A stretch of 64,000 nucleotides of DNA, from NCBI GenBank assembly GCA_036172245.1, contig JAYWIR010000043.1, positions 1,736,001 through 1,800,000 of the forward strand. The letters are read 5' to 3'. Positions 50,231 through 62,731 of the stretch are shown in pieces (within the stretch, counting starts at the first letter, position 1; every line of letters begins with the position of its first letter). The DNA comes from Raillietiella orientalis. Its lineage: Eukaryota. The position numbers were made by a program, and so were the translations under genes. Under the pieces are notes generated by a model, which worked only from the letters and a program-made list of their open reading frames with translations, made no database searches and had not been told where the DNA came from.

Positions 50231-51409
50231 GACGGCGCGAGTCACGGTGATGAACTGGTCCACGATCCCGGTCCAGATCCAGGTGGACGAAACAACGGTT
50301 CGCCTGTGGTGGCCCAGGTGTAAGAATCTCGCGCGAGCGCCGCTGAAGCGATGAAAAAGCCTCGCGTCTAGGCTTCCGAGGCACCAAAGTCTCCCGTAAG
50401 CCCGCTGGACGCGGCGAAGCCTGGTGAGCGGGCAAAGGAGGCGTCGACGAAGGCCACCATCGCAGCCAAGGCCGCTTAGCCAACCAGTGGCACGACGCCG
50501 GAGGCCACGCTGCTCCCGACCGCGCGCGCAGACGGAGCGCCCCTTGCGGATGTCAGGGAAACGGTGCATGCAGCCGCTGCGGAAGTGCCCCTGGCGGCCG
50601 CGACAGCAACGCTAAGCTCGTTCTCTGACACGGAGGCAGCACCTCTAGCGGCCGCAAAGGCGGCGCCATCTGAGAATGGGGGAGCAAACCACGGAGCAAA
50701 CGAGGAGGCATGGACGGAGATGAGGGGAAAGAAGATACAAAATGCGAATTCTCCTCAAGATTTCGCTCTAAGGGAGTGCTCGAAGAAAAAAAAAAAAAAA
50801 ACCCTGCGCAGAAGGAAGCCCAGAAAAAGGCTTCGGCATCTACTCCGTTAACCGGCATGATCACGGGTAGCGATCAGGTGGTTGCCTCTGGAGGAAAAAA
50901 GTCTCCTGCGGCTGCATCCCAAACGTTAAGGGTGAGGAAGCCAAAGCCTCCCAGCGTTCTCAGAGACAGGCAGAACGCTCCTCCTAGGCGCGGCAGTCGG
51001 ATTCTGAAGATGAATCCGGTTCCGTGGATGTAGAACGCGACACCCACGAGGAAGTGCGTTAGCGCCTGGCGAAGACGCGCAGGGGCGAGCTTGTTGCGTG
51101 CGACACCGCCGCGACAGCCTCAGAGGTTGAGATGGTCCTCTCTTCTGAGGAACCAGTGACGCGTAGCACGGCAGTGGCAGGACGCAAAAATTCTGCAAAA
51201 CCAGCCGCGCTGTATGTCGACCACTCGGCGCACGGGGAGAGAAACACGCCATTGCCTTCCCAGCATTAATGCTAGGAAGCGCGCCTCTCGTCTGTTTACC
51301 GCTATCTTCTGGAATGTCAACGGGCTGAGCGAAGAGGCGAAGCGTGGTGAACGCTCTGTGCCGTTTCGACATGTCACTTCTGCGGGGGATTCACATCTCC
51401 GACACTCCA

Positions 51410-52783
51410 ACTTTACGGGGAAAATGCTTTAAGTACCTCGGTGTCCCACTGGGCGACTTCTGTACAGGAGAAGAGTGGTCGGACTGGCTTCAAAATGCAG
51501 ACAACGCTCTTGGCCCTTCCCAATAGGTTACAATCTCGTCTTGCCAGAACGGGCGGTTATTTGAAACAACTTCGTGGCCCATCTCTTCCGCCCCCTCTTT
51601 TTGGTTTGTCTGCTTCCTTTCTCGGACAAGCTCCAAGCGCAACTCCTGTTGAGGAACTCTCTGTGAGGACCTGCAAGGTCCAGGATCCGTCTCAAGGACT
51701 TGGAGGCTGCGCTTTGAGATACCCGCTTGAGCATCCTGACGCTGGACAGTATCGTCCTGCAAGTGCAGTTTCAAATGCTACCACTTTGTACCAAGCTTTG
51801 GACGACTCCATGGTGTGCTTTCGCGTGCCTGCTGCTGCGGTGCTGCACCGAAAGCCAAAGTCCGCTTCCGTTGCTGCCGCACTCCCAGCATCCCACAGGA
51901 GGATTTCGCTTCCCGCTGAGACAGATCGTCTCGCCCCTGGAAGCGTATTCGTGGGCCTCCTGCAGCCCGACAAACTTTCACTCGTGGTGGCAGGAGATGC
52001 TCTTGTCCTGGGCAACGCATCAGGAAAGTGCTGCTTATATAGCTTCGTTGCGTGCACTTTTCCCCGCAGGTAGAAGATGTGCTGGAGGACCAGGAAGAAT
52101 GAACTCGCCTGGCCACCACGCTCCCTGCCTCAGCGCTGTCTGCCATCGCTTGCCTTAAGGGCAATTGCCAATCGGCGGAATAGAAGGTCTCCTGCATGCT
52201 TACTGGAGAAACAAGACCCTTGAGGGGCTGGGATACGAGCGAGCTGGTAGACGCTGCCACTCCTAGCAATTGTGTGAAGAGACTCCGTCGATGTAGCTAA
52301 CGAGTGTGCCTCCCGAAGAACTCGTGGTTCTTCCTTCGTGCGTGGACATCTCTGTGTTCCCCATTCGGTAGAAACAGGGCGTGCTCCTGCTGTTGCATTG
52401 GAGTTTCCATTGCAATCAGTGCGTGAACCTAGTTTCCGGGGAGTTGCATCCTCAAACTATGGAAAGTGCGGAGCAGTGGAATCGTTCCTGCTCTTCGACT
52501 GCCGTGCCCTCCAAGGACTGTGGAGGAGGCAGTCTTAGCGCTCCTGCACGAGAAGGACATCGCAATGAAAGTCATGCGCCACTTCACACGTGCCGGACTC
52601 TCGCTGTCAATCGCAACGCTCTGTGGCATCCGCGCCATCGTTATAGACCGCCAACTGTTCAAGTTGGAAACGATTCCCAGAGAGGTCACCATGATTGCAG
52701 ACGCCAACATGAAGACAGCTGCTCGGTGGCCTCATCTTAAAGAAGTCAGGAAGGAGATCTCCGACAGTCAGAGCCGGTTCTGA
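51410..52783 (+). mobile_element. Decayed L1/Tx1-like ORF2 3' half
   Basis: KYLGVPLGDFCTGEEWS.WLQ; LSILTLDSI..Q.Q...KLWTTPWC; LLLHWSFHCN; ATLCGIRAIV...AARWPHLKE..*. Confidence 0.85.
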
Positions 52784-53014
52784 GAAAAAGGGACGGTCGA
52801 TACCAAAGACCCTTTGGTTTGTATTTATTTATTGTTCCCACCCGTTTCGGACATTCAGTGTTCCTGAACTGCGTGTCAGGGAGTCCTCCCTTTGAACTTC
52901 TCTTCCATCTGCCTGGGAACATTGTTCACGGATGGTTTGTTTATTTGGAAATAAACGTTCTGGGGCAACCGGGTAAGAAGCAACACCTCCGATGAGCAGG
53001 TTGTCGAGCTTTGT

Positions 53015-53153
53015 GACCCGGTCACGCCTGGACGTTTATTAAAAAGCCAGTTAGGAGCACCGTTCCCATCCAAGATAACGTAGCCGAGCTCGAGCGGAGC
53101 TCGGGAGGGACTCTGCACCGGCAGCGAGGCTCCGCACGAACGTATGGGGTTGG
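53015..53153 (-). mobile_element. Very short (~140 nt) 3'-UTR-only copy of the element, downstream of another copy
   Basis: Terminal motif AATAAACGTCCAGGCGTGACCGGGTC at 53015-53040. Shares AACG(T/G)ATGGGGTTGGG with the neighbouring UTR (53139-53153 vs 53337-53352). Contains the hairpin CCGAGCTC-GAGCG-GAGCTCGG (53084-53104). Confidence 0.7.
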
Positions 53154-53210
53154 GTTCCTCGTGCATCGCGGGCTGGCGGGGGCGGTGCGTAGCGTTCGGG
53201 CCGATGTTTT

Positions 53211-53976
53211 CACCCGGTCAAGCCGGGGCGTTTATTTAAAAACTAACAGTATTTGCAGTACAAGGCCCCGCTGAGGCCAACAGTTCTATGGAGCTGTCGG
53301 GTGGTCGGTGCACAGACCGACTTAACACTCCACGTCAACGGATGGGGTTGGGGAAAAACAAAAATAAAAAAAATAAAAAGTAGACACACTGGTCATTTGG
53401 AGGGCCGGGAAGGGATCATTGTCCGTTGCGTGGAGCTTCCATCCTTTGCAGGATGCCGACGAGGTCCTGGTACAGATTTCCCAGGTGGGGCCATCGGGAT
53501 GCTATTCGCAGAAAGTGAACTGCATACTCCATGGCATCCCTTCCGTTAACATCGTCTGCTTCGTCGGATCCACTCCAAGCTGCCACAATACCGCGTACGC
53601 AGCAGAGAGCTGCTATTACAGCGGCTGGCTGAAGGGCGTCCCGCACGAAGAGAAGCCGAAAAACTGGGGAGCTACCTTCCAGGATCCCTAAGGTGGAACC
53701 GAAGCGTTCCCACAGGGGCCGGAGGGCAGCACAGTCAACTAAAAGGTGCGGGAGGGTTTCGCGCTCCCCACTACGGGCACAGTTTGGGTTCACACTTCCC
53801 CGTGTCCAGTGATGACGGCGTGCATTGCAGGGGAGTCCCAAGTGCAACAGCATCAGCGCCGACTCCTGCCATTTTAGGGGAAGGATCCTTGTTTGGGTTA
53901 TCACTGGGGACCACTTTAGGTCATCCGATGAGAAAGGGACAGTCAGCCGACTCGCCCTCGAGTGGTCGTGCTCCAT
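53211..53976 (-). mobile_element. Well-preserved 3' fragment of an L1/Tx1-like element (open C-terminal frame 53416-53976)
   Basis: RILPLKWQESALMLLHLGLPCNARRHHWTRGSVNPNCARSGERETLPHLLVDCAALRPLWER...AALCCVRGIVAAW...RWPHL; terminal motif at 53211-53236 followed by AAAA. Confidence 0.92.
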
Positions 53977-55089
53977 CGAACTCGTCGTGACGAACGTCTT
54001 CGCGCGCAGCGGCTACCATCGGCGTGCCGGAAAGCCAATGGCTCCCGAATTCCAAAGCTAGGGTGACGCAACTCGTCTCCATGGACTTCAACGTCCACCT
54101 GCTTTCCAACCAGACCAGATCCCTGGCAAAGAGGACGCACGCGAACGAGAGATGGGTGCAGATGGGATGATGCGTGTAAATTGCTCGCATGCGAGTCCGG
54201 AATGGAAGGGTCCGTGGACCACATTTTCATCGACGAACACTTGCTCCAAGGAGCAGGAAAAAAGAGGCAGAGTGCCATCCGCGCTTTCCTACCATTCCGG
54301 GCTGAAGATCGATCTTGTCCCTCCAGGTAGGAGACACACAAACAACGCCAGGAAGATGACGACTAAGCCATTAGGAGGCGGCGGTGCACATTAGCCAGTT
54401 CCTTCGCAGCCATCCTTGAACTCGCGGACTGCGACGATGGCTAAAGATCGTTTCGAGATTTCTGCTACCGTTTGCATCTGCTACCGCGCAGTTTCGATGA
54501 GGCCGTGGTTACCAACAGGACTTTTCCGCAGGCCAATACTTTCTCCAGATGCGAAGACGTCCGCCTCCTTGCAGAGTCCAAGGCGAGGGCCGAGCTCCAG
54601 GTCGGGGGGTCTGGAGCGGGGAGCTTGCTCAATGACCAAGACCATGGATGCTCGGCCCCTACTGATGTTCGCAGAACCGTAAAGCGCTACGAATCATCGC
54701 ACTACGCAAGATCCACGGTGGAGAGAGGTTGCTCGCAGCAACACTTGCCTGACGGTGCTCACACGATAGGTGAGGACGAACGACCACGTCTTCAGGAGTC
54801 TTCACTATGGGAGGAGTTACTTTCGCCATCACAGAAGTGAGAGACGCAAGGCGCCAGACGCGAGGACGCACTGCCAGCAGAGTTTACCCAGTTCTTCGCA
54901 AAGGAGATCCTCCCCCTGGAGCTAAGCATCTGGGTGCTGATGACGAATTCAGCTGGTATGTCCAAAGGTCTGTTTAAAAAACGAAAACCACAAGTCACAA
55001 GAAAACACTGCCCCTAAGATGCAGGAAACGTCACAAGAGGAAAAAAAAGTTCGTGGAGAATGGACAAAGGCACGCAGACCGACTCTTAT

Positions 55090-55380
55090 AAAAAAAAAAA
55101 ACGGAGGGAAGCGACAATAAATAAACAAAAGAAAAGAAAGGGTAAACATAGGGGAAGACGTATTTGGTGATATTCGTTCTTTCTTTTTAGAATAGCTTGT
55201 GTATGGTGGCGATCTGACTGCTGAAGTCTCCTGGAACATGGGGATACCATGCAGTATACCTGATGAACGCGAAAGACACGCTGAGGGCTTCATTCCAAAC
55301 AAACATTACGTCTTTATTTGCTTTCCAGGGTGTTACACACCCTACATATAAACCTTCTACCGTTTGCAACATTCCAAATT
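55090..55380 (-). mobile_element. Possible LINE 3'-end relic
   Basis: T-rich tract on the minus strand (55090-55140) follows a short frame containing FAFIRYTAW, positioned like the CCVRGIVAAW motif of other copies. Confidence 0.3.
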
Positions 55381-58300
55381 AGAACGTGAGACTGGCCACT
55401 TCGCTTCGACAGCCCACCGGCATTACAATGCTCCTTTTCTTCAGATGCAATTTAGATGAGTAGTGAATTACTCGTAAGAAACGGATCGCGAAAATTCGAG
55501 TACTCAACACGCGAGCAGGCTGGAGTGCGCAGTATTCGGACACCTTCGACGCAGGCATGTACACCGTATCATCACTATCAACTGCAGAATCACTCCTGCC
55601 AATGAACATATACTTTCCCTCCCCCTAAAAAATTGTCCAACCCTGCCGTTTTAATCAATCAGCCTTGTGCATAATTCCACATTCGACTCCTGTATCCGCA
55701 TTTCAACATCACATCCAATCTTTGAAGCATTCCACGCAACGGATATCTGTGTAAGGTGGACACTGAACCACGGAAACAGCCAGGAGTTGCGCAAGTGGAA
55801 TTCCAGTTGCGAATTTTCCTCTTTGCCAAGGCGGGAGCGCGTTAGCACGCATGCCTGCGCAGCGGCAGCGGCAGACGCAGGCAGCGACTTATACAAAAAA
55901 GCACGTGCTGCACACATTCTGACGAACTATCAGCAGAATGTGGGGAAGACTCCGGTCATTCACCTGACTCCTAAGATGCATTCGCTGTCAGAAAAAGGTC
56001 AATCCGGAAACCGAGGTTTCGGAACATCTGTGGTCACACATAAAAGGAGGAGCACATGAAATATTCAAGAGCACGCTTAACGATATTTCCGTTTCTCCAT
56101 GGGAACTTCGGATGCGAAATTCAATCCCAACATCCGGAAAGAATGCTGGACACTGCTCATGCAAATGTGGAAGTGCTCTCACCTATCAGAAGAGTCTCCT
56201 TGGCTCCCTGATACTGCAGGCTCCAGCCCTGTTTTACACGGAGGCCGAAGCCGAGGTTTCTCAAAAAAGCCCGTAGGAGAACACTCCGTACCAGAAAAGA
56301 CCTCCATTTACGAAACACACGAATGCGTTACAGCATCGATGACGTGTCGCGTCTTGTCACACAGGTAAACAATATGTCGATGCGAATGCGTCAACTGTGA
56401 CGCGCGTCACTGTTAACGCATGCGCATCCAGAAACCCTTTATCGCTTCTCCCGAAATCTGCACGCTGGGGGACGGTTGCGGGATGGGAAGAGGAATCGGG
56501 AATACGCAGGTCCGTCCTTATCGTTCGCGGTTGCGTTGCGCCGACGTGCAGACAGACCACCGCCGAGGAAGTGCGAAAAGTTCGGAAATCCGGGTGAGCC
56601 GCTGCTGCTGCAGAGTAGGATGAAATTACTGAGAGCGCTCGACGGGATGCTTGACGATGGCTTTCTACCGAGCAAGCGGCATCTTCGCTTTGCTGCTGCG
56701 TGCAAAAGTGCTCATTAGCACCACCTCCCAAAGGATTCAATGTAGACGGAAGAGAGGAGAAATGCGCTGCATAGTTCGTAGCTAAGCATCCTGCCTGCCG
56801 TGGGCAGTGAAAGCGAAACGGATAGAGAGTTCTCGAGTTTTCCTTCGTTGGTCACGGTGTCAGCTGAGCAGCGCATGTCGGTGGGATTTTTTACGCTTGC
56901 GTTCCCTGTACAAGTCCAGCATCCGAGATCCGCATGCAGGCATTGCTCGAACTGCGGACGCGCTGGGAGGATGTGTGTGAACCTGAAGTTCGGAAGCCAT
57001 CGCGTTGCCTTCTTGGACGCGCGCCTGGAAGAACACGACACCATGTGAGCTTGCGGGTGGTAGCGGAATGCCTGATAGGCGAAAGCGGATTTCGGTTCAT
57101 TCGCGCTGGGAATTCGCGAAACCGTATACAGAGGGTAGTGGTGGGGTATTGTCAACTTGAGACCAGCCCATGGGAATGGAGAGAGGAGATGGGAAGGTGC
57201 CGGTTGCCAACATCAACGAGCTGGCCTGCTAGATGGTGGTGCCTCCACGGTACGCTTGCCTTCGGTTGGGCTCTGGTCGGCTGCCTCAGCTACCCTTTGG
57301 TGCAACAAGAGATCCAAGGATTCGACAACGGAGCACGCCCATGCTTAAGGAAGAGCAACTCTTTTTAATTTCAGGAAGGAAGCACGTGGGAGCATGAGGG
57401 CGCCAGAAGTCTGCTCCGCCGCAGCCGACCGCTGGCGGCAACCTCGCCGGTGTGTTCAGCACGCCGAAAGCTCGCCGCCAAGGCTCCACTGGATGTGATC
57501 GATGTTGGTGGCCAGGGTCGTGAGGAACTTGTCGAAACCGCTTCTGCAGCGAAGACATATGATGCGGTGGAGGCGCCATGCACGAAAGCCATAGCTGCGG
57601 AAGGTGGGTGCCCTGCTCACTCGTATTCCGTGCGCTCATCCTGACTGCCCAGCATCGAACCAGCCTCGCAGGAGAACTGGAACGAAGAACTGTGAACGTG
57701 GGTATGCGAAGGAGGAAACGCATGGTTTTTGAAAGGCATCACTCCGAGGAGGGCGCACAGGCGAGGCTCACCTGCATCTCGCTCACCGCACCGCAGTCCG
57801 CCAGCAGCGCGCGGTAATCGAGCGGCAGCTGCTCCGCGCTGCCGTCTGGCTCTTGCGTACGAAACCTGAGGGAGCACCGTGCGACGAATTGGTGTTGTGC
57901 GGTACTCTTGGAAACCGCCAGAGGGAACCTCCGTCTTTCACCTCACTGTGCGGAGCACCGATTGTCCTCTCACCTGCCGGGTGCATCTTGCTCGTTCTCG
58001 CTCTGTTCGACGTCACCAAGCACCTGCGCGATCTTTTGAAGACTGAAAAAAGGTGCAGGAGGAGAGCGCAACATGGAAGGAGAGCACGCAAGAAGCGCTT
58101 GGCGACTGGACTCACCGGAGCGGGCAGACGTCGAAGAGGCGGGCCTGCGTCAGTTCGCTAGAGATCTGAAAGAAAGGGAGAGGGACCATGGAGCGGAGGA
58201 ACATAAGAGAGGATACAAGAGAGGATGCGCGAGGATGGTCGGCGAATGGATGCACACGCACAGCACCGAGGAGAGAGTGCGAGAGCGAGTGGGAAGGCGG

Positions 58301-60049
58301 CCGAGCTGACTGCGAGAGCTGAATAGGCGGTTTCGCTGCTACGCGAAAATCGAACCGCCACCGCGGCATTACGTGTTTAGAAGGGGCACGTTGGGCGCCC
58401 GGACGCACAGCAGGCTCGACGAACGGATGGATCGTCCTCCGGGCTTCGTTGGAAGTCCACCGTCAATGCTCTTTCTCCCAGCCGTCCATCTGCATTCTGC
58501 GATGCGGAAGAAGAATGAAAGGGATCTTCGAGTTAAGGATCGAAGAAAAAGGGAAGGCTGACCTCGTCTCCTGCCTGTCCGCCTCGTCGTGCTCCAACAG
58601 TCCGCCCATTGAGCTCGCGCTTCCTCGTCACCGCATCCTGAGACTTCACGTCCCCCGACTCGGCCTGCAGGATGTTCTGGGAAGAAGAGCGGGACGTGAA
58701 AAGCGCACATCTCTTCACCGAGCTTTCGGCCGGGAATCAACGATCAACGGCCTCACCAGGAAGCCGGCTTTCCTCGAGCGATGCTCATGGGCGTCCTTGG
58801 AGCGTGATGGGCTGGGGTGGGCCGGAGGGAAGATGGGTGTGTGTCGCATGTGGCAACCGGGAGTATTGAAGCGGCTCTTGTTGGGATGCTGCTTCTGCAA
58901 AAGAGTCCACCAAGCAGGTGGGCGTTAGAAAGTGCGATTCCATGTCGTTTCCAGTGGCTACGCCGAGCGTGGGCGCGAGGAAACGCGTGCAATCTTCGCG
59001 ACGGCGGCACGGGACATGCGCCGTCTTTCGCACCTTCTCCGAGCTACTGCCCGCCAGTTTCTTCACCTGCTGGGACACGTGGGTGCGATCCGGACGTCCC
59101 TTCCGTTCGATATGGGATTCCCGTTCTACCTGGAAAGACGTGAAACACGAAAGAATCTCCGAAGTGGACGTCAACGTCGCTCTAGCACGTCGCGGCGATC
59201 GGGTGCATCCACGTACCTGCAAGGAAACGCGCGTCTTCTTGGTTGCGCCACCGTTCAATTCGCTCCCATCGCTCTCCTTCCGATCAGCGGAGGAGGAAAG
59301 AGTCGAGGCTTCCTGCGTAGAGCGCAGGTCCCGGAGCAAGGGAAGGGCTTTCTGGTAGCGGGAGACGCTCGTTCGGAGACGGCCGCCCACCATCTCCGCC
59401 TGCGCATCCGTCGACGACTCGACCAACTGAAAGCGGAAGAGGCTTTCACGCTGCCCACCTCTCGCTCCGGAACCTACCGCTGTCAACAAGTCATCCTGCA
59501 AGGTGGTGTCCTGCAGGGGCGACAGGAACACTCGTTAGGCAAGTAAGCGTGCAGCGTCCCCCACCGCTCCGCTAGCTCGCTCGGCGCACCTTACCGCCCT
59601 TCCCAGAATGTCTCGGTTGCGGATATCGTGTGCGTCGTCTAGCCCACTATCTAGCACGACTGTGGAGACTGCCCTCACCATGGTCAGCAGTTGATGTGCG
59701 GTAGAGGACAAGCACTGCTGCTTGTCGGTAACCGCCAAAATGGCGACCAATTCCTGAGATGCAAAAATTAGTGCGAAGTTCAGGAAAGGCGGCAGTCTTG
59801 CGTGCCCAGCGGCCGAGCGCATGCTGCTGAACGCGCGTGGACACCGTTCGGCGCGGCTCTCTCACCTCCAATGCTCGTAGCATCCAGCGATGTGTTGAAA
59901 TGAGCCTGGAAAGGAACCAGGCAGCCGGTGGCGATCCCGCGCTTCTGGCTTTCTTCGCGAGTTCCCTGCTCACGTTTCCGTAATGATACAGCTCAGCGCT
60001 CATTCTGGAGAGAAAGCCTCGCTTCCTCTCCATTAGGCGGTTTCCATCT

Positions 60050-60143
60050 AGGATGTCCATCGGAGAGATGGACATCCTCGTTCTCGATTGAACCTTGATG
60101 CAGTCTATTGCGTTATCGATTCTGCTCCTAAGAAGGAGCAGAA
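60050..60143. repeat. Two adjacent perfect hairpins (12-bp and 10-bp stems)
   Basis: AGGATGTCCATC-GGAGA-GATGGACATCCT (60050-60078) and TTCTGCTCCT-AAGA-AGGAGCAGAA (60120-60143). Confidence 0.9.
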
Positions 60144-62731
60144 CAACCTTGTAGGTCGGACGGCAGCCTTGGCCGCCTTCGATGACCATCCTGGCACTGG
60201 GAATTTGGATTGCGGAATGAAAAATGCAAGCAGCGCAGGCGTTTCCATGGTTTCCTTTCTTTACCGATGAACAGCCACAACGAAAGGAGAGGCAGAACCA
60301 ATTTTTCTGGTTTTGCGCGATGCCGATCCTGCCGGCGCCGTTCATTTCTTGCAATTTCCCGATTGCGAGGCCGCAGCAAGCGACATGTTGTCGTGTTGCA
60401 TTTCGATACATTGCTCCCTAGAAAAAACGAATCGTAGGGGATTCCCTGGGGATTTCGGCACGATGTTGCCTGTCGCATACAGTTGCGAAATTTAAAAGGT
60501 CGAAGGAGGGGTTTGAGGGGACAGGATGAAAGGGATGGACTCGCTTTTTGCGTTCTTGCCCTCGATCCCCAAACGCGCAAAAGGGGAAAGATAGGGGCTG
60601 CTCCGCTGTAGAGCTGAGCAAATTTCCTGGAATACGTAATTTGCCTGGATGGGAACCTCTATGCGTATACGGGTGGTTGCTCGAAGGGAGAGAGAATAGA
60701 TGGTCTCACTGAAGCGGTTGCGAGGTGAGGTAGGGGAGATGTGCGGAAATCGAATTTTCTAGGGTTCATGGGTGGCGTTGTGACTTTTCGCAGAACAAGG
60801 GAGCATCGGAGGGCGATGGGAACGTGGTGGATGGATGCGCCACACTCGTAGATACAGGTTTCCAAGAAAATAGGATTAAAGTGTTCCAATTTCGTGGACA
60901 TAATGGATGTGCACTGTAAGAGGTACTGAGGAAAGGGCAGCGTTTTGCGGCTCGTGAGTAGGGTCGGTGTGACCAGGTACATTTGCAGTGTGTCGACAAT
61001 GGAGGTTAACTGAAATCCTCAGCAATTGCGAATGTATTCTTTGGCTACGTGGGCAATCTGAATGCGAGGAAAGTGCGGGCGCTGAGATGGGAAAACTGCA
61101 AGCAAGGAACCCTCCAGCAGGGCGGAGAAGAAAGAGAATTCTCAGCGGCAGTTCTAGTCATTGGCAATCTAGCTGCCTTGGATCGAGCCAATGTAGAAGA
61201 TGTGCTGCATATTGCAGGTAATGCTAAGAAGCACTCGGATAAGGTGTGCCAAATGATTGGGTGCGCTGACGTGCTTCCTACGGCACACGTAGGACACGTA
61301 TGCATCCAACGTCACTGGAGCCTGCGCCACGCACATACAGCCGGGGAAGTCCAGCAGGCTGCTAGCGCCAAGCAAAGCATACGCTGCCGAGGAAGAAACG
61401 TTCCGAAGTGTTACGAACGGCGTCATTGAAAAGAGAAGGAATGGCGATGGAATGTGCAAAGCCGCACTTGGGAAGCGAAGAAAAGTCGGAAAACCTAGGA
61501 AGATGACTTCAAGAATGGTGAACTGCGTACCGGCATATTGACGAAGTCGGTTATTAGATTGCGGTTCCGGAAAAGAGCAAACGTTACCACGAAGGAAGAT
61601 ATTTGAACGGACGTTTGGATAGAGAAGTAGTTGGACGTTGAGGAGTTTGACCAGGAGAAAAAGAAGAGCGCAGCCATGCTCTTGCAGAATGTATGGTAAT
61701 GTGGTCCGTATATTCCAAACCCTCAACACTGGCATCCGAACTACATCCACGTTTAAAAACACATGGAATGCAGGAATGAATGTTCAAGTGGATTGTATGT
61801 TCTTGACGAATGGTTCGAATGCGAGACCTAATACCTTCAATTGAAAAATGCTGAAAATAGTGGAAGTGTTGCCATCTGTTTGCAGGCTCAATTTGCAACC
61901 AGCGACGCAGAACTCTTTCTGCGTTTTCTTGAGGCCGAAGCTGGTGTTTCCTAAATTGAGTCGAGTCAGCACGGTGCGTTCCGGAAAATGCCTTCATTTT
62001 GGAAACACACGTATCTAGTATAGCAGTAACGTACTTTTCCGACTTGTCACATAGGTATTTTGCGGGACATCTACTGCTCCTTCCAGGCGAGAAGAGCACG
62101 TGAGGGCGACTTTGGGCAGCGTCTGCTTCCAGAGGGCGTGCCCTTATCGAGAAAGCAAGAGCAGAACAGCGTAAAGCAAGATTTGACGATGGCAGAGATG
62201 ACCTTCCCTATGGTCGATTGGAAACCGAGAAAGCACGCGTGTAAGATGGACTGCCTGCGTAGTCTAATCAGTGATTGGTGGCATTGAACGTCTCCTGGTT
62301 GCCTGTCGACCCAATGGCAGTATGGCTGATGTTCCGTGAACGATCTTGGATCGTCCTCAACTCGTATGGGTCAGCTATAGCACGACTCCGCTTCCAAGGT
62401 GGAGAACTGCGCAGGGGATGCAACTGTCGTCACATGATTGCAAGGGATGCGGTTGCAAAGCAGCTCGAAAAGCTCAGAAATGAGTGACAGAGAGGAATGG
62501 GGAAATCCGTGGATATTCATGAGAAGCGGACGGCTGTTCCCAAACTAACCATGTTGAAGCAAACCTGTTTTGCGCCGGCACCTTTTTGCAGTTGCAACAA
62601 GGCGATTCTGAGGTGTGACAAGAAAATCCTGCATTCTCTTCCGAAGGGAGGAACATGTGAATGGCAGGGTAGGAGGAGCGCCGTCCGGAGCCCTTGCAAA
62701 GGAGGTCGATTTGCAAGAAGCATTCGATTCT

